Shown in pieces: positions 50,431-59,833 of a stretch of 64,000 nt of DNA. Location: assembly GCA_044440125.1 (NCBI GenBank), contig JBITAJ010000003.1:131776-195775 (forward strand), in the 5' to 3' direction. The notes beneath the pieces were generated by a model. That model saw nothing but the letters and a program-made list of their open reading frames with translations, was not told the DNA's origin and did not search any database. The position numbers and the translations under genes are program-made. This DNA comes from Sedimentisphaeraceae bacterium JB056 (GTDB lineage Bacteria > Planctomycetota > Phycisphaerae > Sedimentisphaerales > Sedimentisphaeraceae). The stretch's first letter is position 1. Each line of letters starts with the position of its first letter.

Positions 50431-53400
50431 TTAATCATTAAAACAATCAGTTATGATCTCTGGGTTTCCGTCTTCTATATAAGCTCTTGAAAAATAGAAC
50501 ACACGCCCAGTTTCAGAACCAATGAAAAGATCTGGGCAAAGATCGTTATCAAAATCAACCGGATACGGGCCCGCATTATGATTGGCAACCCGCTCTTTCA
50601 CCAAATCACCCCTATCTTTGAATAAAGGAGCATCATCACCGGTTGTGTTTTCGTAATATCTTGCATTGACATTATCATAGATAAGGTCGTAGTCACCGTC
50701 TCTGTCCCAGTCTATCAAGTTCACAATAGTCCTGCCAGCACGCCCCGCCTTAGCATCAGGAGCACGATTCCAGACCAAAGCCTGACTATATGGCGTTTCA
50801 ATCTCAAATATATTTTGGGGTGGGTTAAGAACAAGATTACCATCAGCACCCTTGCCTCTCAGATAGAGAGCCAATATCCCATTGCTGTCGAGTGTAATAT
50901 AATCCATCAATCCATCTTTGTTCCAATCCAGAATTTCAGGTTTGGTTCGCCATGCAGTCACAAGCGAATCTGGCTGCGGCTTAAAAGTCAGCCATTCGGG
51001 ATAAACAGCTTCACCTTGCCAGTCTACTTTTATTAATTGTCCCGCTGCAAGTCTTGGATGTGAAGCGGAGCCGATATTTTTAAAGAATACGTGTTCACCT
51101 CGTATGCCGGTCACGATTAGATCCTTAAGACCATCGCCGTCCCAATCCTCAACCTCAGCATTATTATACTGCCAGCATAATTCTTCAAGCCCCTGAACAG
51201 AACCATCATCTCCGGCTCTTAGTTCAATTAGGCTATCTCCCGCCTTCATATTCTCAGGCCACAGCCACAGAGGTTTTTCATCACTGCCGGCATTTTCATA
51301 ATACTGCATTGTATTTGATGCCGCTATCAGCAAATCTTTATCGCCATCATTATCCCAGTCTGTTACAACCGGAATAGATATTGTCCCACCATCAACCACC
51401 GGCCTTATCTGCTGCAAAAAAACAGGCTGACGAAGCTGAGGCAAATCACCACTTCCAGCTATATTTTCCATAAAGCCGACGACTCCGTCTTCACAACCAT
51501 ACAGCAAATCATTATCACCATCATTATCCCAATCACATACAACAATATTGACCAGAGCCTGCTTAATGTTTATTTCACGTCTGTCAAAGGTCTTGAGTCT
51601 TTGAGGTTCTTCAAAAGCATTATCACCTTTGTTTATATGGAGATAAAGTTCATGTATAAAACCAGCTGAAACAAAATCAACATCGCCGTCACCGTCCCAG
51701 TCGGTTAGGACATACTGCCACTGAAGTTGAGGTAAACCAATATCAAGCGTTATTGGATTTTCAGTATCAATCAATGGTTTCTCAGAATTGCCGACATTTC
51801 GATATATGTTCATAACAGGTATAAGTTCTTCATCTTTGAGATCAAGCAGACCGCTGGCAACTACATCGCCAAGTCCATCACCATCCCAGTCAAACCAACC
51901 AGTCTTATATTCCTTTTTAAGCGGCTCGCCGGTAAACTCGATTTTATTTATCTTATCAATTACAACATTGCCGTTTTCAAAATGCCACTGCCACCATTCC
52001 TGATTAGTTCTGCCAAGAACAAGAATATCATCCTTACCATCATTATTGATATCACAGATATCCGGAACTACCACACCAGAGATATAACCGTATTTAGTAT
52101 TATCCCTTATGATAAGCTTTCCGGGAGCAAACACATTTTCAACACCAGATTGTCTGCTTATATTTTCAAAAAAGAAATGACCTACCTGCAGATTAGTGCA
52201 GGCTCTTGTTTTCAATGTCCCCGAATTCATCCAGAGATCCAGGTCTCCATCACCATCAATATCGCAAACATCGAAAACTCCGCTTATTCCTGAACACAGA
52301 GTCCCTATAGTTGTCTTATCACCCACCCGAAGCATATCTCCATTTCCGACAAGCGGAATATTGACAGGAAAAGGTTTGCTGTATTTTGGACTGTAATCAA
52401 ACGAAAAACGATAAACCGCCGCTTCGCTTCCTTTATGCGTAAATCTCAAATCAGTCGTTTGTTTATAATAAACATCATCACTAACAGTAAATGGAATAAA
52501 AAACTTTTGCTCACCTCTTAATGATGAATCATAAACAATCCCCTCACCTGTCTGTGGAGAATATTTCACTAACCTGAAACCATTAACTGCCGCACGTTTC
52601 TGATCAGAAGAAAGCTTCAGCCATTTTTCACCAAGATCAACAGAGTATTTAACAGGAACTTCTGACCATTCTGAATTATCAGGTTTGACATAAAAATCCT
52701 TATGCTGACCATTCTTTCCAATTCTTTTTGGTCTCGGTAGATTCTTGACACAATCAGCTTTCTTTTCTTCAGGTATAGGATAATTATCAGCATCAAGCTG
52801 CCATGTATCAGTAATATAGACATCATCGATCACTCCATCAAAATGCTCCATCCTGAACAATGATGTCTGATTAGAATTGGTTCCGAAATATATATCATAA
52901 ATCATCGAAGCAGGCAATGACGGAATTACAGCATTCTCAATAACTTTCTGCTGATCATCAACTTTCAAAGCAAGTGAACCGGGCTGCTTCCATGCAACTT
53001 TTATATTATGCCATTGTATGGAATCCCAGCCTTCAAATTCAATATTTATATTGCTTCTCTGTTTTTTCCCTGCGTTCCCCGTCATAAGCCACATTACAGG
53101 TTTATCTTTATCATTCCTCAATCGCAGCTCAATCATATCACCTGTACGTATTCTCATACTGAAAACACATTGGACGGCAGGCCCAAAATTTTCTCTGTAA
53201 TCCACCGGCGAATAATTTGGCTTTATCCAGAAATCAATTGTTCCCTCAGTGAAATCGATGTTACCATCAGTTTCAAAACGAATATATTCATTAGGTTTAC
53301 ACCATAAACCTTTGCCATCTTTTCCAGCACTAAGTTCGAGGTCGTCATGATAAATAGCCGCAGAACTGCCCTCCGAATAATCTGCATCAAACCCATTATC

Positions 53401-53496
53401 GAAACTATTGTAGAAAAGCACCTTGGCATTTACCAATGACACTACGGTAATACAGAGAAATAATAGAAACTTTAAATTATTATGTATTGATCTCAT
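50431..53496 (-). CDS. Secreted LamG-like + FG-GAP/VCBS-repeat protein
   Basis: Signal peptide; EGTIDFWIKP...FDGVIDDV (LamG); many DWDxDGDxD; AGDDGSVQG motif shared with the 34347 and 37475 proteins. Confidence 0.85.
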   Translation of the reverse strand: MRSIHNNLKFLLFLCITVVSLVNAKVLFYNSFDNGFDADYSEGSSAAIYHDDLELSAGKDGKGLWCKPNEYIRFETDGNIDFTEGTIDFWIKPNYSPVDYRENFGPAVQCVFSMRIRTGDMIELRLRNDKDKPVMWLMTGNAGKKQRSNINIEFEGWDSIQWHNIKVAWKQPGSLALKVDDQQKVIENAVIPSLPASMIYDIYFGTNSNQTSLFRMEHFDGVIDDVYITDTWQLDADNYPIPEEKKADCVKNLPRPKRIGKNGQHKDFYVKPDNSEWSEVPVKYSVDLGEKWLKLSSDQKRAAVNGFRLVKYSPQTGEGIVYDSSLRGEQKFFIPFTVSDDVYYKQTTDLRFTHKGSEAAVYRFSFDYSPKYSKPFPVNIPLVGNGDMLRVGDKTTIGTLCSGISGVFDVCDIDGDGDLDLWMNSGTLKTRACTNLQVGHFFFENISRQSGVENVFAPGKLIIRDNTKYGYISGVVVPDICDINNDGKDDILVLGRTNQEWWQWHFENGNVVIDKINKIEFTGEPLKKEYKTGWFDWDGDGLGDVVASGLLDLKDEELIPVMNIYRNVGNSEKPLIDTENPITLDIGLPQLQWQYVLTDWDGDGDVDFVSAGFIHELYLHINKGDNAFEEPQRLKTFDRREINIKQALVNIVVCDWDNDGDNDLLYGCEDGVVGFMENIAGSGDLPQLRQPVFLQQIRPVVDGGTISIPVVTDWDNDGDKDLLIAASNTMQYYENAGSDEKPLWLWPENMKAGDSLIELRAGDDGSVQGLEELCWQYNNAEVEDWDGDGLKDLIVTGIRGEHVFFKNIGSASHPRLAAGQLIKVDWQGEAVYPEWLTFKPQPDSLVTAWRTKPEILDWNKDGLMDYITLDSNGILALYLRGKGADGNLVLNPPQNIFEIETPYSQALVWNRAPDAKAGRAGRTIVNLIDWDRDGDYDLIYDNVNARYYENTTGDDAPLFKDRGDLVKERVANHNAGPYPVDFDNDLCPDLFIGSETGRVFYFSRAYIEDGNPEIITDCFND

Positions 53497-53528
53497 AGCT
53501 GAAATTATTGTTTTAATATGTATAAAAT

Positions 53529-56500
53529 TTATCTTAAAATCGGTACTGTTTTATAATATGACGAATTCGAATCATCAGGATCTGTTATTATCCAGAACGC
53601 CGGAATAGAAAAGGTCTGTTTGTCAAACGGGAGAACAAGAAGATAATCGCCCCATTGATCCTTATCCAGAAGAAAATCTTCCTGATCAATATTTACCAGA
53701 GAATCATATATAGTAAGACTTTCACCAATAGAAACTTTGCCGCTATCGATACATTGCGGCTTAGTATCAGTAACAGGAAGAACACTGCTCTTAAATGGGG
53801 TGTTACTCTGTGAAACATAATATTCTACAGTATAATTATCATTTACTGGCTCAGATGCTATAACAGCAATCTCTTCACGTGCTCTTAACCCGCCGTCAAA
53901 ATTGCCGCCTTTTACAAGATCCCATGCAACACTATTATCTGCTGCAGTCGCATAATGGCTACTTCCGCCGACAGTATAGAACAATACCGCTCCTACAGCA
54001 CCTGTTACCGCCGCTATTTCATCACCATTTGATTCTAAACCATCAAACTCACCGGCAGTCATCGACACTATACTCCCTGCCACATTCAGAGTTGAGGCAG
54101 ACCAACTCAGAAGCGAAGGCTTCAGGTATGTTATATTCGTACTTCCTGCTGTCTTAACGGCTATTTCTTCATAATCATCCGATGCAGTATTAAAATTACC
54201 GGAAGCAATTGCAGTAATAGGACTGCTGTTATCCTCGTATAAAATCACAGCCGGTTCCTTGAAACCCTTACGGAATATATAAACAGGATATTTACCGTCA
54301 GTATCAGCTTCTGCTTTCACTGCCGCTATCTCATAACTTTCATTGACTTTTATATAACCTGTGTCAGGAAGGAAATTACCGGTAGCAATCATAGCCCACT
54401 TATTTTCGCTCCTGCCGCATCTGTCAAGCTCAAACCCATTCTGATCATAAATTATTATGCTGTAATACATAGTATCGTTGACCTGAGAAACCGGCTGATC
54501 CCATATCACCGCTATCTCATCACCATCCTCATAAACCGCCATATCACCTGCCGCAACAGCTATCGGTTTAATCTGATCAGGATAAGTATCAAGCTTTAAT
54601 GGTTCACCGGCAAAATCATCCGCACAAATCGCCCAGTCCTTTATATCCACATTACCGGCAAGATCAACATTGGTATTCTGATAAGAATATTCAGTCCCAA
54701 AACCTTCAGTCAACCATTGAGCCAATACCTGACTAATATCATATATATCAACATCAATATCACTGTCAATATCACAAGCTTTCGGAACAATCAGACTTGG
54801 AGCAACAAGAAGCTGCACATCATCTGCATTTTTGAATTCTGGATATTGCCCGCCTGATACAACATGATAAAATTTATCAGCCGCCGATATACCGCTACCC
54901 ACAGAATTACTATAAGCAAAATACTGCAGAAAGCTTGAGTAGTCATCGGAAACAGACCAGAGCCATACATCATCACCCGGCTGATCGATATAATTATCAT
55001 ACATACTGTAAAATACATTGTGCATAACTACAGGCCGAACAACAGAAACGGTATCAATAACATCATCAAGACTGCTGCCGTATCTGAGCTCATCGAAATA
55101 ATAGCTGAACTGATCTGTAGAACTGTCACCAATATTAATCAGAACACCATCATTCATATTGACAGTAGCATCAGCGTGCGCATCCTGAGCCATCAGATAA
55201 TAGTTATCATTAAGATCATCTTCAGTGAGACTGCCGTCACTTACTGCCACTTCAAAACCGGCCTCATCAAATACCCACATAACAGCATACTTACCTTCAG
55301 CACTGTCAACATCACCAAATCTGCAAATATAAAGGTAGGTATTGCCATCTTGCAAATTCTTCGCAGCTGAATTGGAACCGGTAGAATCATATGCAATCAT
55401 TGCACCCTGTGAACCGCTCCCCTTTGGACGCATTCTAAGCTTCGTAGAACCGGCAGTTGCACCATGCCTTATTTCCGCTGTTCTGCTTACAAATGAGCTC
55501 AAAGGTTCTGCTGATTTGGCAAGAAAACTTATCCATAAATCACTACCCTGCGGCGGCTCAAAATCTACAAGTCTCCTCACTCCTGCACTTCTGAAAGAAC
55601 CTGCAATATTATCTTCTGTAAGTTTTAATGCTCCTCCCGAGACACTTATATCACTGAATGACAATCCCTGCTCTACAACTTCCTGGCTTCCGTTAGTATA
55701 AGTAAACTCCCAACTGCCAGCCCAACCTGTACCGCCATCACTGCCGACAAGACTTCCAACCGTATAATCAAAAGGCTCATAGCAATAACTCGGAGTTTTA
55801 AGTGCAAATGAATTGTTCTCCAATACGGCCCCACTTCCTCGAAGCAGAACACCAATAACACAATCGTTAAAACTGCAGCCCCTGACAACATTACCTGAAG
55901 TGTAACACCTCGCCTCGCCTGATTGCTCAATGGTATTTATCAAACCCATTCTGGGAGCAAAATCTATCGCTATGTTATAATTCTCAAATCGGTTACTGTC
56001 AATTATATTGTCTTTGGCTGCATATTCTCTTATATCAGTTTCCTCTCCGGCATTTCTGTAGAGTGAAACTGCTGTACGATAATTGCGGGTTGAGTAAGAT
56101 GCACCCAAGAAATCGTTGTCACTTATAGTATAATCACGACAGGCATCAAGAACTACATCGCCATAAGATGATGTGCCGCGATTGTTGTTATCCTGAAAAA
56201 CATTACCCGTAAACACCCAATTGTACGAGTTGTACTCTCCATACAATCCGCCAAGAACATTCTCTTTTATAACTCCCCCGGTAAAAGTAACATTACCGCC
56301 TCTTGGGAATAAACCCCAGATATTTCTTTCAAGAGTCATGTTGTTGAATGTTACTTTTCTGTGGTGAAAGTGATTGGCAGCTATCGCTCTTTGAAATCCC
56401 TTGAGAGTCATATTGGATATGAAACTGCCGCTATCAGACTCTTCTGCGGTTTCCGTCTGATAAAGCAGAATTCCATCGGCATTTACATAATCATTGCTTA

Positions 56501-56882
56501 TATCAATAGTATGAGTATATAAATAATACAGCGTCCATTCTGAAACGTATGAATTTCTTGCATCAATTACAACACCGTTTCCATCAACCGTTATCGACTG
56601 ATTATCTTTCAAAACCAGAAGAGCCGGATAAGAAGCGGGATAAGAGGGCATACTGCTCATATCAATTGACCATGGAGTTGTCTTTGATTCAAACGTTACA
56701 GATACATCGATCTCAAAAGGCTCTATCAAAGTGCCTTCCTGATCATACCAATCTGCCCAACGCACGGTATTCCACGGATCGAACCCTTCACTTTGACTTC
56801 CCATAACAAGTGAAATGTTACGACAATAGGCTATAGAGCAAAGAAGAATACTCAACAAAGATATAAATACGATTCTTTTCAT
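53529..56882 (-). CDS. Secreted right-handed parallel beta-helix protein (lyase/hydrolase-like) with an inserted lectin-like domain, internal dockerin-like repeats and C-terminal GxFD repeats
   Basis: ITVDGNGVVIDA, ISNMTLKGF, FTGNVFQDN, ISDNDF, IIDSNRF (beta-helix coils); CDIDSDIDVDIYD..W; repeated (A/T)GNF...EEIAV. Confidence 0.72.
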   Translation of the reverse strand: MKRIVFISLLSILLCSIAYCRNISLVMGSQSEGFDPWNTVRWADWYDQEGTLIEPFEIDVSVTFESKTTPWSIDMSSMPSYPASYPALLVLKDNQSITVDGNGVVIDARNSYVSEWTLYYLYTHTIDISNDYVNADGILLYQTETAEESDSGSFISNMTLKGFQRAIAANHFHHRKVTFNNMTLERNIWGLFPRGGNVTFTGGVIKENVLGGLYGEYNSYNWVFTGNVFQDNNNRGTSSYGDVVLDACRDYTISDNDFLGASYSTRNYRTAVSLYRNAGEETDIREYAAKDNIIDSNRFENYNIAIDFAPRMGLINTIEQSGEARCYTSGNVVRGCSFNDCVIGVLLRGSGAVLENNSFALKTPSYCYEPFDYTVGSLVGSDGGTGWAGSWEFTYTNGSQEVVEQGLSFSDISVSGGALKLTEDNIAGSFRSAGVRRLVDFEPPQGSDLWISFLAKSAEPLSSFVSRTAEIRHGATAGSTKLRMRPKGSGSQGAMIAYDSTGSNSAAKNLQDGNTYLYICRFGDVDSAEGKYAVMWVFDEAGFEVAVSDGSLTEDDLNDNYYLMAQDAHADATVNMNDGVLINIGDSSTDQFSYYFDELRYGSSLDDVIDTVSVVRPVVMHNVFYSMYDNYIDQPGDDVWLWSVSDDYSSFLQYFAYSNSVGSGISAADKFYHVVSGGQYPEFKNADDVQLLVAPSLIVPKACDIDSDIDVDIYDISQVLAQWLTEGFGTEYSYQNTNVDLAGNVDIKDWAICADDFAGEPLKLDTYPDQIKPIAVAAGDMAVYEDGDEIAVIWDQPVSQVNDTMYYSIIIYDQNGFELDRCGRSENKWAMIATGNFLPDTGYIKVNESYEIAAVKAEADTDGKYPVYIFRKGFKEPAVILYEDNSSPITAIASGNFNTASDDYEEIAVKTAGSTNITYLKPSLLSWSASTLNVAGSIVSMTAGEFDGLESNGDEIAAVTGAVGAVLFYTVGGSSHYATAADNSVAWDLVKGGNFDGGLRAREEIAVIASEPVNDNYTVEYYVSQSNTPFKSSVLPVTDTKPQCIDSGKVSIGESLTIYDSLVNIDQEDFLLDKDQWGDYLLVLPFDKQTFSIPAFWIITDPDDSNSSYYKTVPILR

Positions 56883-56953
56883 TCAAATACTCTCAAAAAT
56901 TCATATAAGCAAAAATCAAATGCAGCGACAAAATCATCAGGTTAGTACATATT

Positions 56954-56980
56954 AAAAAGGGGAGCTTAAAAAAGCTCCCC
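56954..56980 (-). terminator. Rho-independent terminator within the operon
   Basis: GGGGAGCTT-N4-AAGCTCCCC with a minus-strand U5 tail. Confidence 0.8.
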
Positions 56981-56994
56981 ATGTCTTTACTTAA

Positions 56995-58701
56995 TTAATA
57001 AAGAGCTATATCCATCCATTGACTTGCCATTATCGCAAAGTCTTCCATATTGACCTCACAGTCTTCGTTTATATCAGAAGAAAGACTGCCCGCTCTACAA
57101 GGATAGATTGCCATGCCGTCAAAGTAAACTTCACCAGAGCCGCTTGCTCCGCCAGTAAATCCGATTGTAAATTCTGCTACATTCTCAAAATCAACACCGC
57201 TGAATTCAGATATTTCGATATTCCATACAGTCCACTGATCAACTGCCAAGGCAAATGAATCCGGATAATTAACTGTAGTTGAGTTTCCGGCTGAGTCTTT
57301 TACCGATACATATAATGTTTCGTCTGTAGAATTTGATGCAGCACCCTTGAACACTATATCCATAACAAGAAGCTTTGAATTAACGCTCCAGTCCTGATAT
57401 TCAGCATAAACCTTAGTCGCAACCGAATCACCATACTGACTTTCATAGAGATACTTCATTGATTTGGAACCATTATAGGCTGCTTCGGTTGTAAGTTCTA
57501 TAGTTGCCCCTGAATCATTCTGAACATAATCCTGCCACAATATTTTCATGTCAGTTGTATCAGTATAGGCATCAAAGCTGTCTATTTCAACACTCGCAAT
57601 CGTCCAGAAATCCCAGACATAGCCTGTATTAACACCGCCGGTGCTTACTTGGTCAACTCTCCAGAAATATCTTTCCGCAAGTTCAAGCTCTCCAGGACTT
57701 AAAGAGTTCGCATCCTGGCTGCCAAGAAATATACCTGTAGTGTCTGTATTATCAGCAGCCTCCACTGCATCACGATCAGTACCGAAATAAATCTCATGAC
57801 CATTTGAAACCACATTTGATCCTGGCTGCCATTCGAGAACAGCGTCAGGCCTTACACCTTCTGCTCCCCATGCCGGCGATGGATTGCTTGCAAGAAGAGA
57901 GTTAGGTATTACATCCTGAAGACTGAGACCATAACGAAGTTCATCAAAATAATACGAAAACTGATCGGTAGAACTGTCACCAATATTGATCAAAGCACCA
58001 TCATTGCTGTCAAGCATTCTGTTAGCATGTGTATCCTGAGCCATAATATAATAATTATTGTTGAGATCTTCCTCATCAAGCATACCATCACTCATAGCAC
58101 CATTATATCCGGCTTCATCAAATACCCACATAACTGCATATTTACCACTATCGGTTCCCATATCACCAAAACGACATACATAAAGATAAGTATTACCGTC
58201 CTGTGTACTTTTTGCCGCACTATTGTTTGCAGAACTGTCATAAGCAATCATAACACCCTGGGAACCACTGCCCTTAGGTCTCATACGAAGCTCAGTAGTT
58301 CCTGCTGTAGGGCCATGCCTGATTTCCGCGGTTTTGCTTGTGAAACTCGTAATCGGTTCTGATGATTTCGCGAGAAAACTTATCCACAGATCTGCACCTA
58401 CAGGTGTATCAAAATCAACCTCGCGTCTGACACCAACACTTCTGTAAGAACCGGCAGTATTATCCTCTGTCAGCAGAAGTGCTCCGCCGGCAACTGGAAA
58501 ATCACTGAAAGTAAGGCCTGAAGCTACAATTTCTTCAGTACCTTGGGTATAAGTGAAAGACCACGACCCGCCCCAGCCGTTGCCGCCGCTTTCACCGACA
58601 ATACTTCCGGCAGAATAGTCAAACCCTTCATAAGCGAGGGTCGCAGCATATCCACTGGAAATACAGAACGTCATAATTAGTAATAATAAATACTTTTTCA
58701 T
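56995..58701 (-). CDS. Secreted lectin-like + Fn3-like + CBM-like + dockerin-like protein
   Basis: MKKYLLL signal (GGAG RBS; ORF track starts at 58725); NPSPA...LEWQPG...YFGTD...YFWRVD; SDINEDCEVNMEDF...W. Confidence 0.78.
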   Translation of the reverse strand: MKKYLLLLIMTFCISSGYAATLAYEGFDYSAGSIVGESGGNGWGGSWSFTYTQGTEEIVASGLTFSDFPVAGGALLLTEDNTAGSYRSVGVRREVDFDTPVGADLWISFLAKSSEPITSFTSKTAEIRHGPTAGTTELRMRPKGSGSQGVMIAYDSSANNSAAKSTQDGNTYLYVCRFGDMGTDSGKYAVMWVFDEAGYNGAMSDGMLDEEDLNNNYYIMAQDTHANRMLDSNDGALINIGDSSTDQFSYYFDELRYGLSLQDVIPNSLLASNPSPAWGAEGVRPDAVLEWQPGSNVVSNGHEIYFGTDRDAVEAADNTDTTGIFLGSQDANSLSPGELELAERYFWRVDQVSTGGVNTGYVWDFWTIASVEIDSFDAYTDTTDMKILWQDYVQNDSGATIELTTEAAYNGSKSMKYLYESQYGDSVATKVYAEYQDWSVNSKLLVMDIVFKGAASNSTDETLYVSVKDSAGNSTTVNYPDSFALAVDQWTVWNIEISEFSGVDFENVAEFTIGFTGGASGSGEVYFDGMAIYPCRAGSLSSDINEDCEVNMEDFAIMASQWMDIALY

Positions 58702-58766
58702 AATTGCACTCCGATTAAAATTCATTTTAAATTCATCTAATTCTGCATTCTACTTCTATAATATTA

Positions 58767-59648
58767 TTATACCACATCTTCCCTAAATATAGAAAAACTA
58801 CTTTTTCGCCTTAAATACAAAGCACCAAAACCTAACAATGCTAATGTGGCAGGTTCGGGAACCAATACTTCATCAAGTGTTGTACCGTAACGAAGTTCAT
58901 CAAAATAGTAGGTAAAATTGGTATCTGAGCTGTCAGCAACACTTATCAAGACACCATCGTTGCTGTCAAGCATTCTGTTAGAATGTGTATCCTGAGCCAT
59001 GAGGTAATAATTAGCGTTAAGATCGTCTTCGGTCAATTGTCCATCGGCCATGGAAAGATTATATCCGGCCTCATCAAATACCCACATAACTGCATATTTA
59101 CCTGTATCAGTACCGATATCACCATAACGGCAGACATAAAGATAGGTATCACCGTCCTGGGTACTTTGAGCCGCACTGTTATTTGCGGTACCGTCATAAG
59201 CAATCATAACACCCTGGGAGCCGCTGCCTTTAGGTCTCATACGAAGTTCTGTCGCACCGGCTGTCGCACCGTGTCTTATTTCTGCTGTCCTGCTTGTGAA
59301 ATTAGTCAAAGGATCTCCTGATTTAGCAAGGAAACTCACCCAAACATCATCACCTACAGTAAAATCTATACCCAGATTACGCCTTACACCTACGCTTGTA
59401 AAACCGTCACCGGTATCAACAAGTTTTAATGCTCCGCCTGAAGTACCATAATCACTGAAAGCCAAACTATCGGACACTACTTCCTGTGTACCTTGGTTAT
59501 AAGGCAAATTCCAGCTGCCGGACCATCCCTGCCCGCCATTCTGACCGACAAGACTTCCTGCCGCATAGTCAAATGATTCATAAATACTTGCTGCCATAAG
59601 GCTGCTTCCCGATATTAATATCAGACACAACCATACATACATCTTCAT
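58767..59648 (-). CDS. PEP-CTERM sorting-domain surface protein (lectin-like domain)
   Basis: Signal peptide; C-terminal VPEPATLALLGFGALYLRRK; GAGG RBS before ATG 59648. Confidence 0.92.
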   Translation of the reverse strand: MKMYVWLCLILISGSSLMAASIYESFDYAAGSLVGQNGGQGWSGSWNLPYNQGTQEVVSDSLAFSDYGTSGGALKLVDTGDGFTSVGVRRNLGIDFTVGDDVWVSFLAKSGDPLTNFTSRTAEIRHGATAGATELRMRPKGSGSQGVMIAYDGTANNSAAQSTQDGDTYLYVCRYGDIGTDTGKYAVMWVFDEAGYNLSMADGQLTEDDLNANYYLMAQDTHSNRMLDSNDGVLISVADSSDTNFTYYFDELRYGTTLDEVLVPEPATLALLGFGALYLRRKSSFSIFREDVV

Positions 59649-59833
59649 AATACACCTCATTTAAAAACTAAAAAAAGAATCATATATACGATAAAGTCAT
59701 TATAGCATCAATCCAAATCACATAAATACCATATCACGCCTATTTTTTCACAATTTACGCAAAGATTCATTGTGTTAGATACTCAGTGTGATATAATGTT
59801 GATATTGATTATTTATCCTGAGGGCACTAATTT

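Noticed and set aside
2417..58701. A true cellulosome
   Set aside because: No cohesin/scaffoldin or cellulase is recognisable in the window, and most tags are single repeats.
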